In this document: positions 56,341 through 64,000 of the stretch, in pieces
Position numbering within the stretch: the stretch's first letter is position 1
Layout: every line of letters begins with the position of its first letter
From: Eubacteriales bacterium
GTDB lineage: Bacteria; Bacillota; Clostridia; Oscillospirales; CAG-272
Direction: 5' to 3'
Length of the DNA stretch: 64,000 bases
NCBI GenBank assembly: GCA_045656445.1
Contig: JAZORD010000010.1
Location: 17,357-81,356 of the forward strand
Notes under the pieces: generated by a model
What the model was told of the DNA's origin: nothing
Database searches by the model: none
Seen by the model: only the letters and a program-made list of their open reading frames with translations
Position numbers and translations under genes: made by a program

Positions 56341-57465
56341 TTATTTAGAGTTATTTTTAAAATATTGATAAAGACGGCACTCTATCATACCGTTGTAAAG
56401 CTTTCTTACCTTGTCCGCGCGTTTTCCGTAAAGTCTTTCAAAATAGGGGTGCGAGGTTATTATATAGACCTGCCAGGGCGCGAGGGAGCGAAAATGCTCT
56501 CCTATATCCCGATAAAGCGACTCCACCTCCCTTTCCGTACCCATTCTTTCGCCGTACGGAGGATTTGTCACTATGGTGGCGCGTCTGCCGGGGGCTGAAA
56601 TTTTTCTCGCGTCGCACTGAAACACCCGAATAGTGTCAGACACACCCGCATTTTTTGCGTTACGCTGGGTAAGCGCTACTGAGGGCGCTGAAATATCCGA
56701 AGCAAAAACCTCGAATTTGCTCTTAATCTCACCGTCACGCGCTTCCTCGCGAGCCGATTTCCACATCCTTTTTTCTATGAAAGGAAACGCTTCCGCAGCA
56801 AAGGAACGCGACACGCCCGGAGCTATACCGCGCATCTTCATTGCCGCCTCAATGGCAATCGTTCCGCTTCCGCACATAGGGTCCCAAAGCAAAACCTCTT
56901 CCCTTGGACGCGAGATAGCCGCAATTGCGGCGGCAAGCGTTTCCCGTATCGGAGCGCTGTTTGACTCCCTACGGTATCCTCGTTTATGAAGTGGAACTCC
57001 GGAGGTGTCTATCATAAGGGTCGCTTCGTTGTTGAGAATAAAAAATTCTATCTGATACTTGACTCCGCTCTCAGCAAACAGAGATATTCCATATCGCTCG
57101 GAGAGGGAGCGCACTATTGCTTTTTTAACAATTGACTGACAGTGGGGTATTGAGAAAAGCGCCGATTTTATTGAATGCCCCTTTACAGGAAAGGCGTCGT
57201 TTTTGCCTATAAAATCACTCCAAGGAAGCGCCCGTGTTCCCTCAAACAGCTCTTCAAAGCTCTCAGCTCTGAATGAACCGAGCTTTATATATACTCTCTC
57301 GGCATATCTCAAAAATATATTTGAAAGCGCAACAGCCTCGGGGTCGCCAAGAAAGGTAACCCGCCCGTCTATTGTGGATACTCTTTCATACCCAAGCGAG
57401 TCTATTTCCTCGCCCAAAAGATGCTCAAGCCCAAAAAGGCAGGTAGCTACAAGTTGAAATTTCAT
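56341..57465 (-). CDS. THUMP-domain class I SAM-dependent RNA methyltransferase (RlmL/YpsC-like)
   Basis: Start moved to ATG 57465 (MKFQLVATCLFGLE). SAM motif DPMCGSGTIAIEAA and catalytic NPPYGERMG. Confidence 0.85.
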   Translation of the reverse strand: MKFQLVATCLFGLEHLLGEEIDSLGYERVSTIDGRVTFLGDPEAVALSNIFLRYAERVYIKLGSFRAESFEELFEGTRALPWSDFIGKNDAFPVKGHSIKSALFSIPHCQSIVKKAIVRSLSERYGISLFAESGVKYQIEFFILNNEATLMIDTSGVPLHKRGYRRESNSAPIRETLAAAIAAISRPREEVLLWDPMCGSGTIAIEAAMKMRGIAPGVSRSFAAEAFPFIEKRMWKSAREEARDGEIKSKFEVFASDISAPSVALTQRNAKNAGVSDTIRVFQCDARKISAPGRRATIVTNPPYGERMGTEREVESLYRDIGEHFRSLAPWQVYIITSHPYFERLYGKRADKVRKLYNGMIECRLYQYFKNNSK

Positions 57466-57466
57466 T

Positions 57467-58306
57467 TTATCTCTTTTCTTCAGGGATATACTGCTCAAAG
57501 ATTACGCCATCAAAGCCATGCTTATACGCCGCCATCTCTTCCTCTTGGCTGGTTACGGTCCAGGCGATAGTTGAGGTGCCGAAAAGACGTCTTACAAGCC
57601 TGAGAGAGCTATTTTTATATGCAGAGTGGTTGTAGGATATAAAATCAGGTCTGCAAAGAAAATTAAAAAGAAGATTTTCAAGAAAAAGGTATTTTATCTG
57701 ACCCTTATACTTTTCCTCTTTTGAAAAATCCGAGGACAAAAAGCCTCGAAGAGCCTCGGGCATCTCTTTCTTTACAAGCGCGAGCGCAAGGGGATTGAAG
57801 GATTCAATGATAAATTCTCCTTTATACTCTCTTAACAGCTCGATGGTTCTTTTAGTTGCTCCGTATTTGCCGGCGCTCTCTTTTATTTCAACAAGAAGCG
57901 GCACGCGTCCATTGACAACACTGAGAACCTCGGCAAAGGTCGGAATAGTGTCCCCGGTTTCGCAAAGCCTGATTTTTGAAAGCTCCTCTTGCGTTTTTTC
58001 ATCAACCCTACCCGTCTCCGAGGTCACACGCTCAAGGGTTTCGTCGTGAAAAACTACAAGCTCGCCGTCATAGGAAAGACGCACGTCAAGCTCTATTCCG
58101 TATCCGGCCTCGACAGCGGCGCGAAATGCCGAAACAGAATTCTCTGCTCTTCCCTCTCCGTGAAGACCTCTGTGAGCGTATCTTACCGTCTTGAATCTTT
58201 CCATTTGCGGTCTTTTTTTACCGGGAGCGGCAAGAAAGAGATAAACCGAAAGGCAGAGACCAAAAACAGACGCGAGCGATATGGTTAAAATCCAATACCA
58301 ATCCAT
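57467..58306 (-). CDS. Membrane-anchored glycerophosphodiester phosphodiesterase (GDPD family)
   Basis: N-terminal TM helix. GDPD motifs AHRGLHG...ENSVSAF, GIELDV, and VVFHDETLERV. Confidence 0.88.
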   Translation of the reverse strand: MDWYWILTISLASVFGLCLSVYLFLAAPGKKRPQMERFKTVRYAHRGLHGEGRAENSVSAFRAAVEAGYGIELDVRLSYDGELVVFHDETLERVTSETGRVDEKTQEELSKIRLCETGDTIPTFAEVLSVVNGRVPLLVEIKESAGKYGATKRTIELLREYKGEFIIESFNPLALALVKKEMPEALRGFLSSDFSKEEKYKGQIKYLFLENLLFNFLCRPDFISYNHSAYKNSSLRLVRRLFGTSTIAWTVTSQEEEMAAYKHGFDGVIFEQYIPEEKR

Positions 58307-58309
58307 TTA

Positions 58310-59857
58310 TTATTCTCCGTCTGCTCCAAGACTTTCAAAAACCCCGGTCTTTTCCGCCTTAGAGTCTCCGTGCTTAACAAACAGCATTGTTATAAATGCG
58401 CATCCGGCAAAAACGGTAGCATAGGGGAAGAGCTTTGTAATACCCCAGTTATCCATTATAAGACCGGAAAAAACAGGAGTCAGAGTTTGAGCCGCCATTG
58501 ACGCAGTGTAGTAGAAGCCCGTGTATTTTCCTACGTCTCCGCCCTTTGCGAGCTCGACTACCATCGGGAAGGAGTTTACGTTTATCGTTGCCCAACCGAT
58601 TCCCGCCATAACGAACAAAAGAGTCATAACTATAAGCGGTGTTCCGTTTCTCATAAACGAAGCGATAAAGAACGCCGTTGTGAGTATGACGACTCCCGCA
58701 AGAATTGCCTTTTTCCTTCCAATCTTTGAGGAAATAATACCAACGGGTATAAAGGCGATGAGCGCTGCAATGTTTGCAACCAGAAGAGTTGTATTATAGT
58801 CAAGGTTAAGAACCTGCCCAGCATATACCGAGTACTTACTAGTTACTGCATTGTAGCCGAAGTACCACAGCATGACAGAGCCGAGAATGAAAAGAAGGGA
58901 GCGAAGCTCAGGCTTTGAAAGCCTTCTCTTTTCGCCGTTTTCGTCAACAGACTCCTCAGAGATTCCCATTGCGGCACTTTCCTCTTCCATATCGCTGACA
59001 AACTTCCTTTCGCGGACAGTAAGCATAAATACGATAAGGCACACGAGCATAACTAAGCCAATGATTAAGAAGTACGGCAGATATTTCATATAGGTTTTCA
59101 TCACCTTGCCCGTTCCAAGAACTATACCTACACCTAGAGCAAGGCTTCCGCCAAGCGTACCCATAAGATTTATTATCGCATTGCCCTTTGAGCGAAGGGG
59201 CTTGGGCGTTACGTCGGGCATCAGAGATACCGCAGGCGTGCGGAAGGTCGCCATAGATACAAGAAGGAGGAAGAGCATCGCAACAAACCAGATGAGATTA
59301 GACGGATCGTTTGTCGTAATCTCGTTGTAGATATACGCCTGTCTTGCCGGCACTACGTAGTTTGTATAGTCATCGGTTGCTTTTCCGTCATCATCAAGCA
59401 CCTTTACAGCAAGAAACTCATCCCTTGTAAATTTCTCTCTGAGGTCGAATTCCACACCGTCGGGAGTCTTAAGCTGCTTTTCATACTCGTAATCATACAG
59501 CAGCTCTCTGACAGATTCGGACTCCAGATCGCTGACGTCGTCAAGCTTTTTGAGCTGAGCGCTGTCCACAATCGAAAGAGATATGAAAAGGGATGCGGCA
59601 ACAATTGTTCCGATCAAAACAAAAGGTGTTCTTCTGCCCATTTTGGACTTGCACTTATCCGAAATGATTCCAAAAAGAGGAAGCATAAACAATGCAAGTA
59701 TATTATCAAGCGCCATAATAATTCCCGACGCAGTCTGGCTGATACCGAATCTGTCCGTAAGAATTTTGGGAATTATCGTGTCATATGCCTGCCAGAACAT
59801 ACTGATCAGAAAGAACGCAAATCCCACGAAAATGGTTCTCTTGTAGTTAAGCTTCAT
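58310..59857 (-). CDS. MFS transporter (GPH/SLC45-like) with large loop insertion
   Basis: 12 TM helices, with motif A in loop 2-3 (GIISDKCKSKMGRRTPF). An acidic insertion of about 90 aa lies between TM3 and TM4 (aa 98-186). Confidence 0.82.
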   Translation of the reverse strand: MKLNYKRTIFVGFAFFLISMFWQAYDTIIPKILTDRFGISQTASGIIMALDNILALFMLPLFGIISDKCKSKMGRRTPFVLIGTIVAASLFISLSIVDSAQLKKLDDVSDLESESVRELLYDYEYEKQLKTPDGVEFDLREKFTRDEFLAVKVLDDDGKATDDYTNYVVPARQAYIYNEITTNDPSNLIWFVAMLFLLLVSMATFRTPAVSLMPDVTPKPLRSKGNAIINLMGTLGGSLALGVGIVLGTGKVMKTYMKYLPYFLIIGLVMLVCLIVFMLTVRERKFVSDMEEESAAMGISEESVDENGEKRRLSKPELRSLLFILGSVMLWYFGYNAVTSKYSVYAGQVLNLDYNTTLLVANIAALIAFIPVGIISSKIGRKKAILAGVVILTTAFFIASFMRNGTPLIVMTLLFVMAGIGWATINVNSFPMVVELAKGGDVGKYTGFYYTASMAAQTLTPVFSGLIMDNWGITKLFPYATVFAGCAFITMLFVKHGDSKAEKTGVFESLGADGE

Positions 59858-59972
59858 AACCTATCTCCTAAATTGGTTTATATCTTTACACATTTTAACA
59901 TATAAGTAACACTTTGTCAATCAGACGTGGAAAATATTGCAAGCGGAGCGCTTGGCAAACAGCACGTCGCTG

Positions 59973-60001
59973 TTGACTTTTCGGGCGCAGAGTTGTATAA
60001 T
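59973..60001 (+). promoter_or_regulatory. Sigma-A promoter of ribF-prmA-rsmE
   Basis: TTGACT, a 17-nt spacer, then TATAAT. Confidence 0.75.
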
Positions 60002-60044
60002 AGATAAAAGTCGCATAGTCTTAAAATAACTAAGGGGGACGGAG

Positions 60045-60977
60045 ATGAAGATATATAACTACAAGCCGGGTGTGCAAATCGGCGAAAAAACAGCTGTCGC
60101 CCTCGGGTATTTTGACGGAGTTCACGCAGGTCACAGACGCCTTCTCGCCACAGCTAAGCGAGTTGCCAAGGAAAAGGGGCTTCTTTTCACGGTGTTCACC
60201 TTTTCGGCGAAGGTGGGGGTCAAGGAAAACCGCCTTATATATTCAAACGAGCAAAAGCTCTCGCTTTTCGAGTCGCTTGGAGTCGAAGCGGTAGTACTCA
60301 CGGATTTTGCGGATATTTCCGGAATTTCGTCAAAGGATTTTGTTTTGAAATGTCTTTTCAAAGATATGGGGTGTCGCGCAGCCATTGCCGGATTCGATTT
60401 CAGATACGGAAAGGGACGAACGGGAGATATCGCAAGCCTCAAAAATGAGCTTAGCGACCTTGGAGCAAGCTGCGTTATAGAGCCTGAGCATAAGATTAAG
60501 GGCGAGAAAATATCCTCGTCAAAAATAAAAGAACTTCTTGCGCTTGGAAAGGTTGAGGCTGCAAGAGAATTTCTCGGGCACCCCTATCAGCTTATATGCG
60601 AGGTCGAGCACGGAAGAGGAATCGGAAGAAAGCTCGGCTTTCCCACCGTCAACACAAGGCTTTCTCTTGACCGGGCAGAGCTTTTGCGCGGAGTTTACCG
60701 AACCGCCGTTGAAATTTCGGGAAATCTTTACACGGGCGTCACAAACGTCGGCACCTGTCCAACCTTTGAGGAGCGAAACGTTCACGCGGAAACCTATATA
60801 GTCGGATATTCCGGCGTGCTTTACGGCAAAAAAATAAAAATTCTGTTCCTCGGGCGTCTGAGAGATGAGAAAAAATTCGACAGCGCTGAGGAGCTGATAA
60901 TGCAAATAGAAGTTGACAAAAATAGAGCTATTAAAGAAAACGGAGAACTTACATGGCAGGAAATTGGACAAAACTGA
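60045..60977 (+). CDS. ribF: Bifunctional riboflavin kinase / FMN adenylyltransferase
   Basis: Motifs: GYFDGVHAGHRRLL (FADS) and GRGIGRKLGFPTVN (riboflavin kinase). GGGGGA RBS. Confidence 0.93.
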   Translation: MKIYNYKPGVQIGEKTAVALGYFDGVHAGHRRLLATAKRVAKEKGLLFTVFTFSAKVGVKENRLIYSNEQKLSLFESLGVEAVVLTDFADISGISSKDFVLKCLFKDMGCRAAIAGFDFRYGKGRTGDIASLKNELSDLGASCVIEPEHKIKGEKISSSKIKELLALGKVEAAREFLGHPYQLICEVEHGRGIGRKLGFPTVNTRLSLDRAELLRGVYRTAVEISGNLYTGVTNVGTCPTFEERNVHAETYIVGYSGVLYGKKIKILFLGRLRDEKKFDSAEELIMQIEVDKNRAIKENGELTWQEIGQN

Positions 60978-61876
60978 CGGCGACGGGAAAAACCGAAAAT
61001 CTTGATGACATAGTAGCCGTTATGAGCATGCTTGATAACGGACTTATGATAGAGGATTACAGCGACTTTTCCTTCTCCGGAATGTACGGAGAGCTTGTCG
61101 ATGAATCTATACTAAACGCAGATAAAGAAACTGTTCGTGTTTCTCTTTTCGTGCCTGAGGAAAAAAATCTAAGCGAATACACCTCTTTTATTAAAGAAAG
61201 ATTTGAAACCCTCAGTATTAAGGCAACGCTTTCCGCCGACGGCATGAACGAGGACGAGTGGTCGGAGAGTTGGAAAAAGTACTATACCCCCATCCCTTTG
61301 GGACGGGTGACCATCGTTCCCGCATGGCAGGAATATACGCCGGAGGAAAATGAGATTATAATCCGAATGGATCCCGGCATGGCGTTTGGTACGGGTACTC
61401 ACGAAACCACAAGGCTTGTAATGAAAATAATGCAGGATGAAATCCGCGGCGGCGAGCGAGTGCTTGACGTCGGCACCGGTTCAGGAATTCTCTCCATCTG
61501 CGCGTCAAAGCTTGGAGCTAAATCCTGTAACGCCTACGATATAGACCCCGTCGCAGTAAAGGTGGCAAAGGAAAACGCCTTGGCGGACGGATGTGATAAT
61601 ATAACCGTTGGAGTCTCTGACCTTTTACACGGAGTGGACCTTTCCCTTGGAAAATACGATTTCTGCGTAGCTAATATAGTTGCAGATATTATAATAAGAA
61701 TGATGCCGGACGTGTCAAGGTTTATTACGCCCGAAGCGCCTCTCATTCTTTCGGGTATTATTTCTATGCGTGCCGACGAGGTTCGTCGGGCGGTAGCGGA
61801 AAACGGATTCACCGTAATTCGCGAGGAACAGGAAAATGACTGGCTTGCGATGATGGTCAAACAAACCAATGCATAG
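60953..61876 (+). CDS. prmA: Ribosomal protein L11 methyltransferase
   Basis: PrmA pattern W...Y..I.....I.P.W (SWKKYYTPIPLGRVTIVPAW), GTGTHETT, and SAM motif LDVGTGSGILS. Confidence 0.9.
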   Translation: MAGNWTKLTATGKTENLDDIVAVMSMLDNGLMIEDYSDFSFSGMYGELVDESILNADKETVRVSLFVPEEKNLSEYTSFIKERFETLSIKATLSADGMNEDEWSESWKKYYTPIPLGRVTIVPAWQEYTPEENEIIIRMDPGMAFGTGTHETTRLVMKIMQDEIRGGERVLDVGTGSGILSICASKLGAKSCNAYDIDPVAVKVAKENALADGCDNITVGVSDLLHGVDLSLGKYDFCVANIVADIIIRMMPDVSRFITPEAPLILSGIISMRADEVRRAVAENGFTVIREEQENDWLAMMVKQTNA

Positions 61877-61932
61877 CGCGGCACCATTTGATTTTTCGGT
61901 CGGGCAATCGCTATGACAGAATGGAGGTTTTT

Positions 61933-62667
61933 ATGCCAAGATTTTTTGTGACACCGGATAGCTTTGATGACAACAGAGTAAGCATCGTCGGTGACGACGC
62001 TTTTCACATAGCGCGTTCTCTAAGAATGGCGGTAGGTGACGAAATAACCGTCGCGGATGCGCATGGCTACGAATACGCCTGTATACTCCGCAAAATACGC
62101 GATGATGTGTGCGAGTGTGAGGTGACGGGGAAAAAACTCTCTAAAGCCGAGCCACCCGTAGACGTGACGCTGTTTATGGCGTATCCCAAGGGAGATAAGC
62201 TTGAGATTGTGATTCAAAAGGCAGTGGAGCTTGGAGCAAACAGAATAGTTCCCTTTGAATCCTCGCGTTGCGTCAAGCGTCCTCACCAAGATAAAGCTGA
62301 AAGACAGCGCTCAAGGCTTTCAAAGATTGCCAAGGAGGCAGCCAAGCAGTGCGGCAGAGCAAGGCTCTCGACGGTAGACACACCTATTGATTTTGACCAA
62401 ATGCTCATAGAAGCTAAAAAATCCGACCTAGCGCTTTTCTGTTACGAGGGCAAGAGTGCGATGTCCCTAAAAAAAACGCTTTCTCAAAACCAGAACGTAA
62501 AATCTATATCGGTCGTCGTGGGGTGTGAAGGCGGATTCAGCGAAAAGGAGGCTGAGGACGCTACAGCGTCAGGTCTTATCCCCGTTAATCTCGGTCCAAG
62601 AATCCTGAGATGCGAAACTGCTCCCCTTTATGCGCTAGCTTCGATTTCTTATAATTACGAACTTTAA
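61933..62667 (+). CDS. rsmE: 16S rRNA (uracil1498-N3)-methyltransferase
   Basis: Start moved to ATG 61933, with GGAGG upstream. MPRFFV N-terminus and SPOUT C-terminus (VVGCEGGFS..E, LGPRILRCETA). Confidence 0.88.
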   Translation: MPRFFVTPDSFDDNRVSIVGDDAFHIARSLRMAVGDEITVADAHGYEYACILRKIRDDVCECEVTGKKLSKAEPPVDVTLFMAYPKGDKLEIVIQKAVELGANRIVPFESSRCVKRPHQDKAERQRSRLSKIAKEAAKQCGRARLSTVDTPIDFDQMLIEAKKSDLALFCYEGKSAMSLKKTLSQNQNVKSISVVVGCEGGFSEKEAEDATASGLIPVNLGPRILRCETAPLYALASISYNYEL

Positions 62668-62757
62668 TTTTTTTGTTGGCTAAGGTTATTAAGGTCAAAT
62701 ATCAACAAATAACTGTTAATTTTTTTGTTTTTTCATCAATTATTTTCAAAAAAACTA

Positions 62758-62786
62758 TTGAAAAATATCAAAAAATGAGTTAGAAT
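62758..62786 (+). promoter_or_regulatory. Sigma-A promoter of the PucR-family regulator gene
   Basis: TTGAAA, a 17-nt spacer, then TAGAAT. Confidence 0.6.
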
Positions 62787-62845
62787 GTAGTACAGTATCA
62801 CCAAATTTAAGAATTACATATTGATAACCGATATAGGAGTTTTAT

Positions 62846-63928
62846 ATGTCCAACCACTTGTTTCAAACCGTCATTCATCAGATGAGAGACGTAGTAGGTC
62901 GCAATCTCGGCGTTATAGATGAGAACGGCATAGTAATAGCCGCCAGCGAGTTAGCAAAAATCGGCGAGTCCAGACAGCGAATAAGAGAAGAGCTCTCTTA
63001 CTCTTCAGGCTCTATGGTCTACGACGGATATACTTACAGATTTATCAACTCAACTGCAAAAACAGATTGTATAGCCTTTGTAGAGGGCGACGATTCCCAC
63101 GCATCAAAAACGGCTGAAATCCTTGCGATTTCTCTTGGAAATATAAAAAACCTTTACGATGAAAAGTACGACAAGGTTTCCTTCATAAAAAATATTATTC
63201 TTGACAACATACTTCCAAGCGACATATACATAAAATCTAATGAGCTTCACTTCAGTGAGGAGTTCCGGGCTGTTATTGTAATTAAATTTCAGGGTACTTC
63301 CGTCACACCCCCATACGAAATCATAGAGGGGCTTGTAAACGACAAGGTTAAAGATTACGTTATCGGCGTCAGCGAGCAGGATATCGTAATAGTTAAAGAG
63401 GTTGAGTCAACCACCACGCCTGACGAGCTTGAGGTTTACGCCCGCGAGATAATAGCGACGGCCGCCAAGGAGCACTCCGTAAAGCTGCTCGTCGGTATCT
63501 CTTCGGTCGTTGAAAATCTTAAGGACCTCGCAAGAGCCTACAAGGAGGCTCGCATTTCACTTGAGGTTGGAAAGGTTTTTGATATTGAAAAGCCGATAAT
63601 GTCATACGAGAACCTTGGAATAGGAAGGCTTATATATCAGCTTCCCACTACCCTTTGCGAAATCTTTCTTGGCGAGGTGTTTAAAAAGGGCTCTCTTGAA
63701 TCGCTTGACAGAGAAACGCTTATGACGGTTCAGAGCTTCTTTGAAAACAACCTCAACGTGTCGGAAACCTCAAGAAAGCTTTTCGTTCACAGAAACACGC
63801 TCGTTTACCGTCTTGAAAAGATAAGAAAACTAACGGGTCTTGACCTTCGGGAGTTTGATCACGCTGTTACCTTCAAGGTAGCTCTTATGGTTAAAAAATA
63901 TCTTACAAGCAAGCCTACGAAATTTTAA
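62846..63928 (+). CDS. PucR/CdaR-family transcriptional regulator
   Basis: C-terminal PucR-type HTH (NVSETSRKLFVHRNTLVYRLEKIRKLTGLDLREF), with an N-terminal CdaR-like sensor region. Confidence 0.82.
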   Translation: MSNHLFQTVIHQMRDVVGRNLGVIDENGIVIAASELAKIGESRQRIREELSYSSGSMVYDGYTYRFINSTAKTDCIAFVEGDDSHASKTAEILAISLGNIKNLYDEKYDKVSFIKNIILDNILPSDIYIKSNELHFSEEFRAVIVIKFQGTSVTPPYEIIEGLVNDKVKDYVIGVSEQDIVIVKEVESTTTPDELEVYAREIIATAAKEHSVKLLVGISSVVENLKDLARAYKEARISLEVGKVFDIEKPIMSYENLGIGRLIYQLPTTLCEIFLGEVFKKGSLESLDRETLMTVQSFFENNLNVSETSRKLFVHRNTLVYRLEKIRKLTGLDLREFDHAVTFKVALMVKKYLTSKPTKF

Positions 63929-64000
63929 ACCGTCTTTTGCGACGAATTTTTTGGGGTTTGTTCTGTATAATAATATTTGCCCTGCCGATTTTTCAGCAGG

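Noticed and set aside
1-64000. Whole-window scan for CRISPR arrays, tandem repeats, IS elements or transposase and integrase genes.
   Set aside because: Reading the intergenic regions showed no regularly spaced repeats, and the ORF translations showed no transposase, integrase or Cas-like products. This was a visual scan only, so short dispersed repeats could have been missed.

Overview
This 64-kb chromosomal window comes from an endospore-forming Firmicute, probably a Clostridia-type anaerobe. The evidence is spoIIE, dipicolinate synthase dpaAB, PFOR, and DnaD/DnaI-type replication proteins. All calls rest on motifs I read in the supplied translations and on hand-folding of intergenic DNA; no database search was possible. 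I call about 53 protein genes, one tRNA-Thr(GGU), two cis-regulatory RNAs (an alanine-specifier T-box and a cobalamin riboswitch), about a dozen near-consensus sigma-A promoters and about 15 intrinsic terminators. I found no mobile elements, CRISPR array, integrase or obvious defence genes. Most genes are housekeeping: nifJ, nth, maf, dusB, truB, trpS, ribF, prmA, rsmE, rnhA. The stretch most worth follow-up is the minus-strand envelope block at 33.5-45.7 kb. It holds a GldA/GldF-like ABC-2 exporter, two paralogous GldG-type auxiliary proteins and a 960-aa DUF4340-like anchored protein. Downstream lie two lipid-anchored trigger-factor-like (FKBP/chaperone) lipoproteins flanking rnhA. Other items worth a second look:
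- an Ala T-box upstream of an alaR/alaT-like regulator-aminotransferase pair, with a translationally coupled HExxH membrane protein
- a B12 riboswitch driving a DUF4430 lipoprotein plus a solitary ECF S-component
- a U32 family enzyme (Fe-S motif intact) in an operon with an SDR, a flavin reductase and an HTH protein
- an AddA-like helicase-nuclease with no adjacent addB
- an orphan solute-binding-like lipoprotein with a duplicated Cys-rich motif and a structured 175-nt leader
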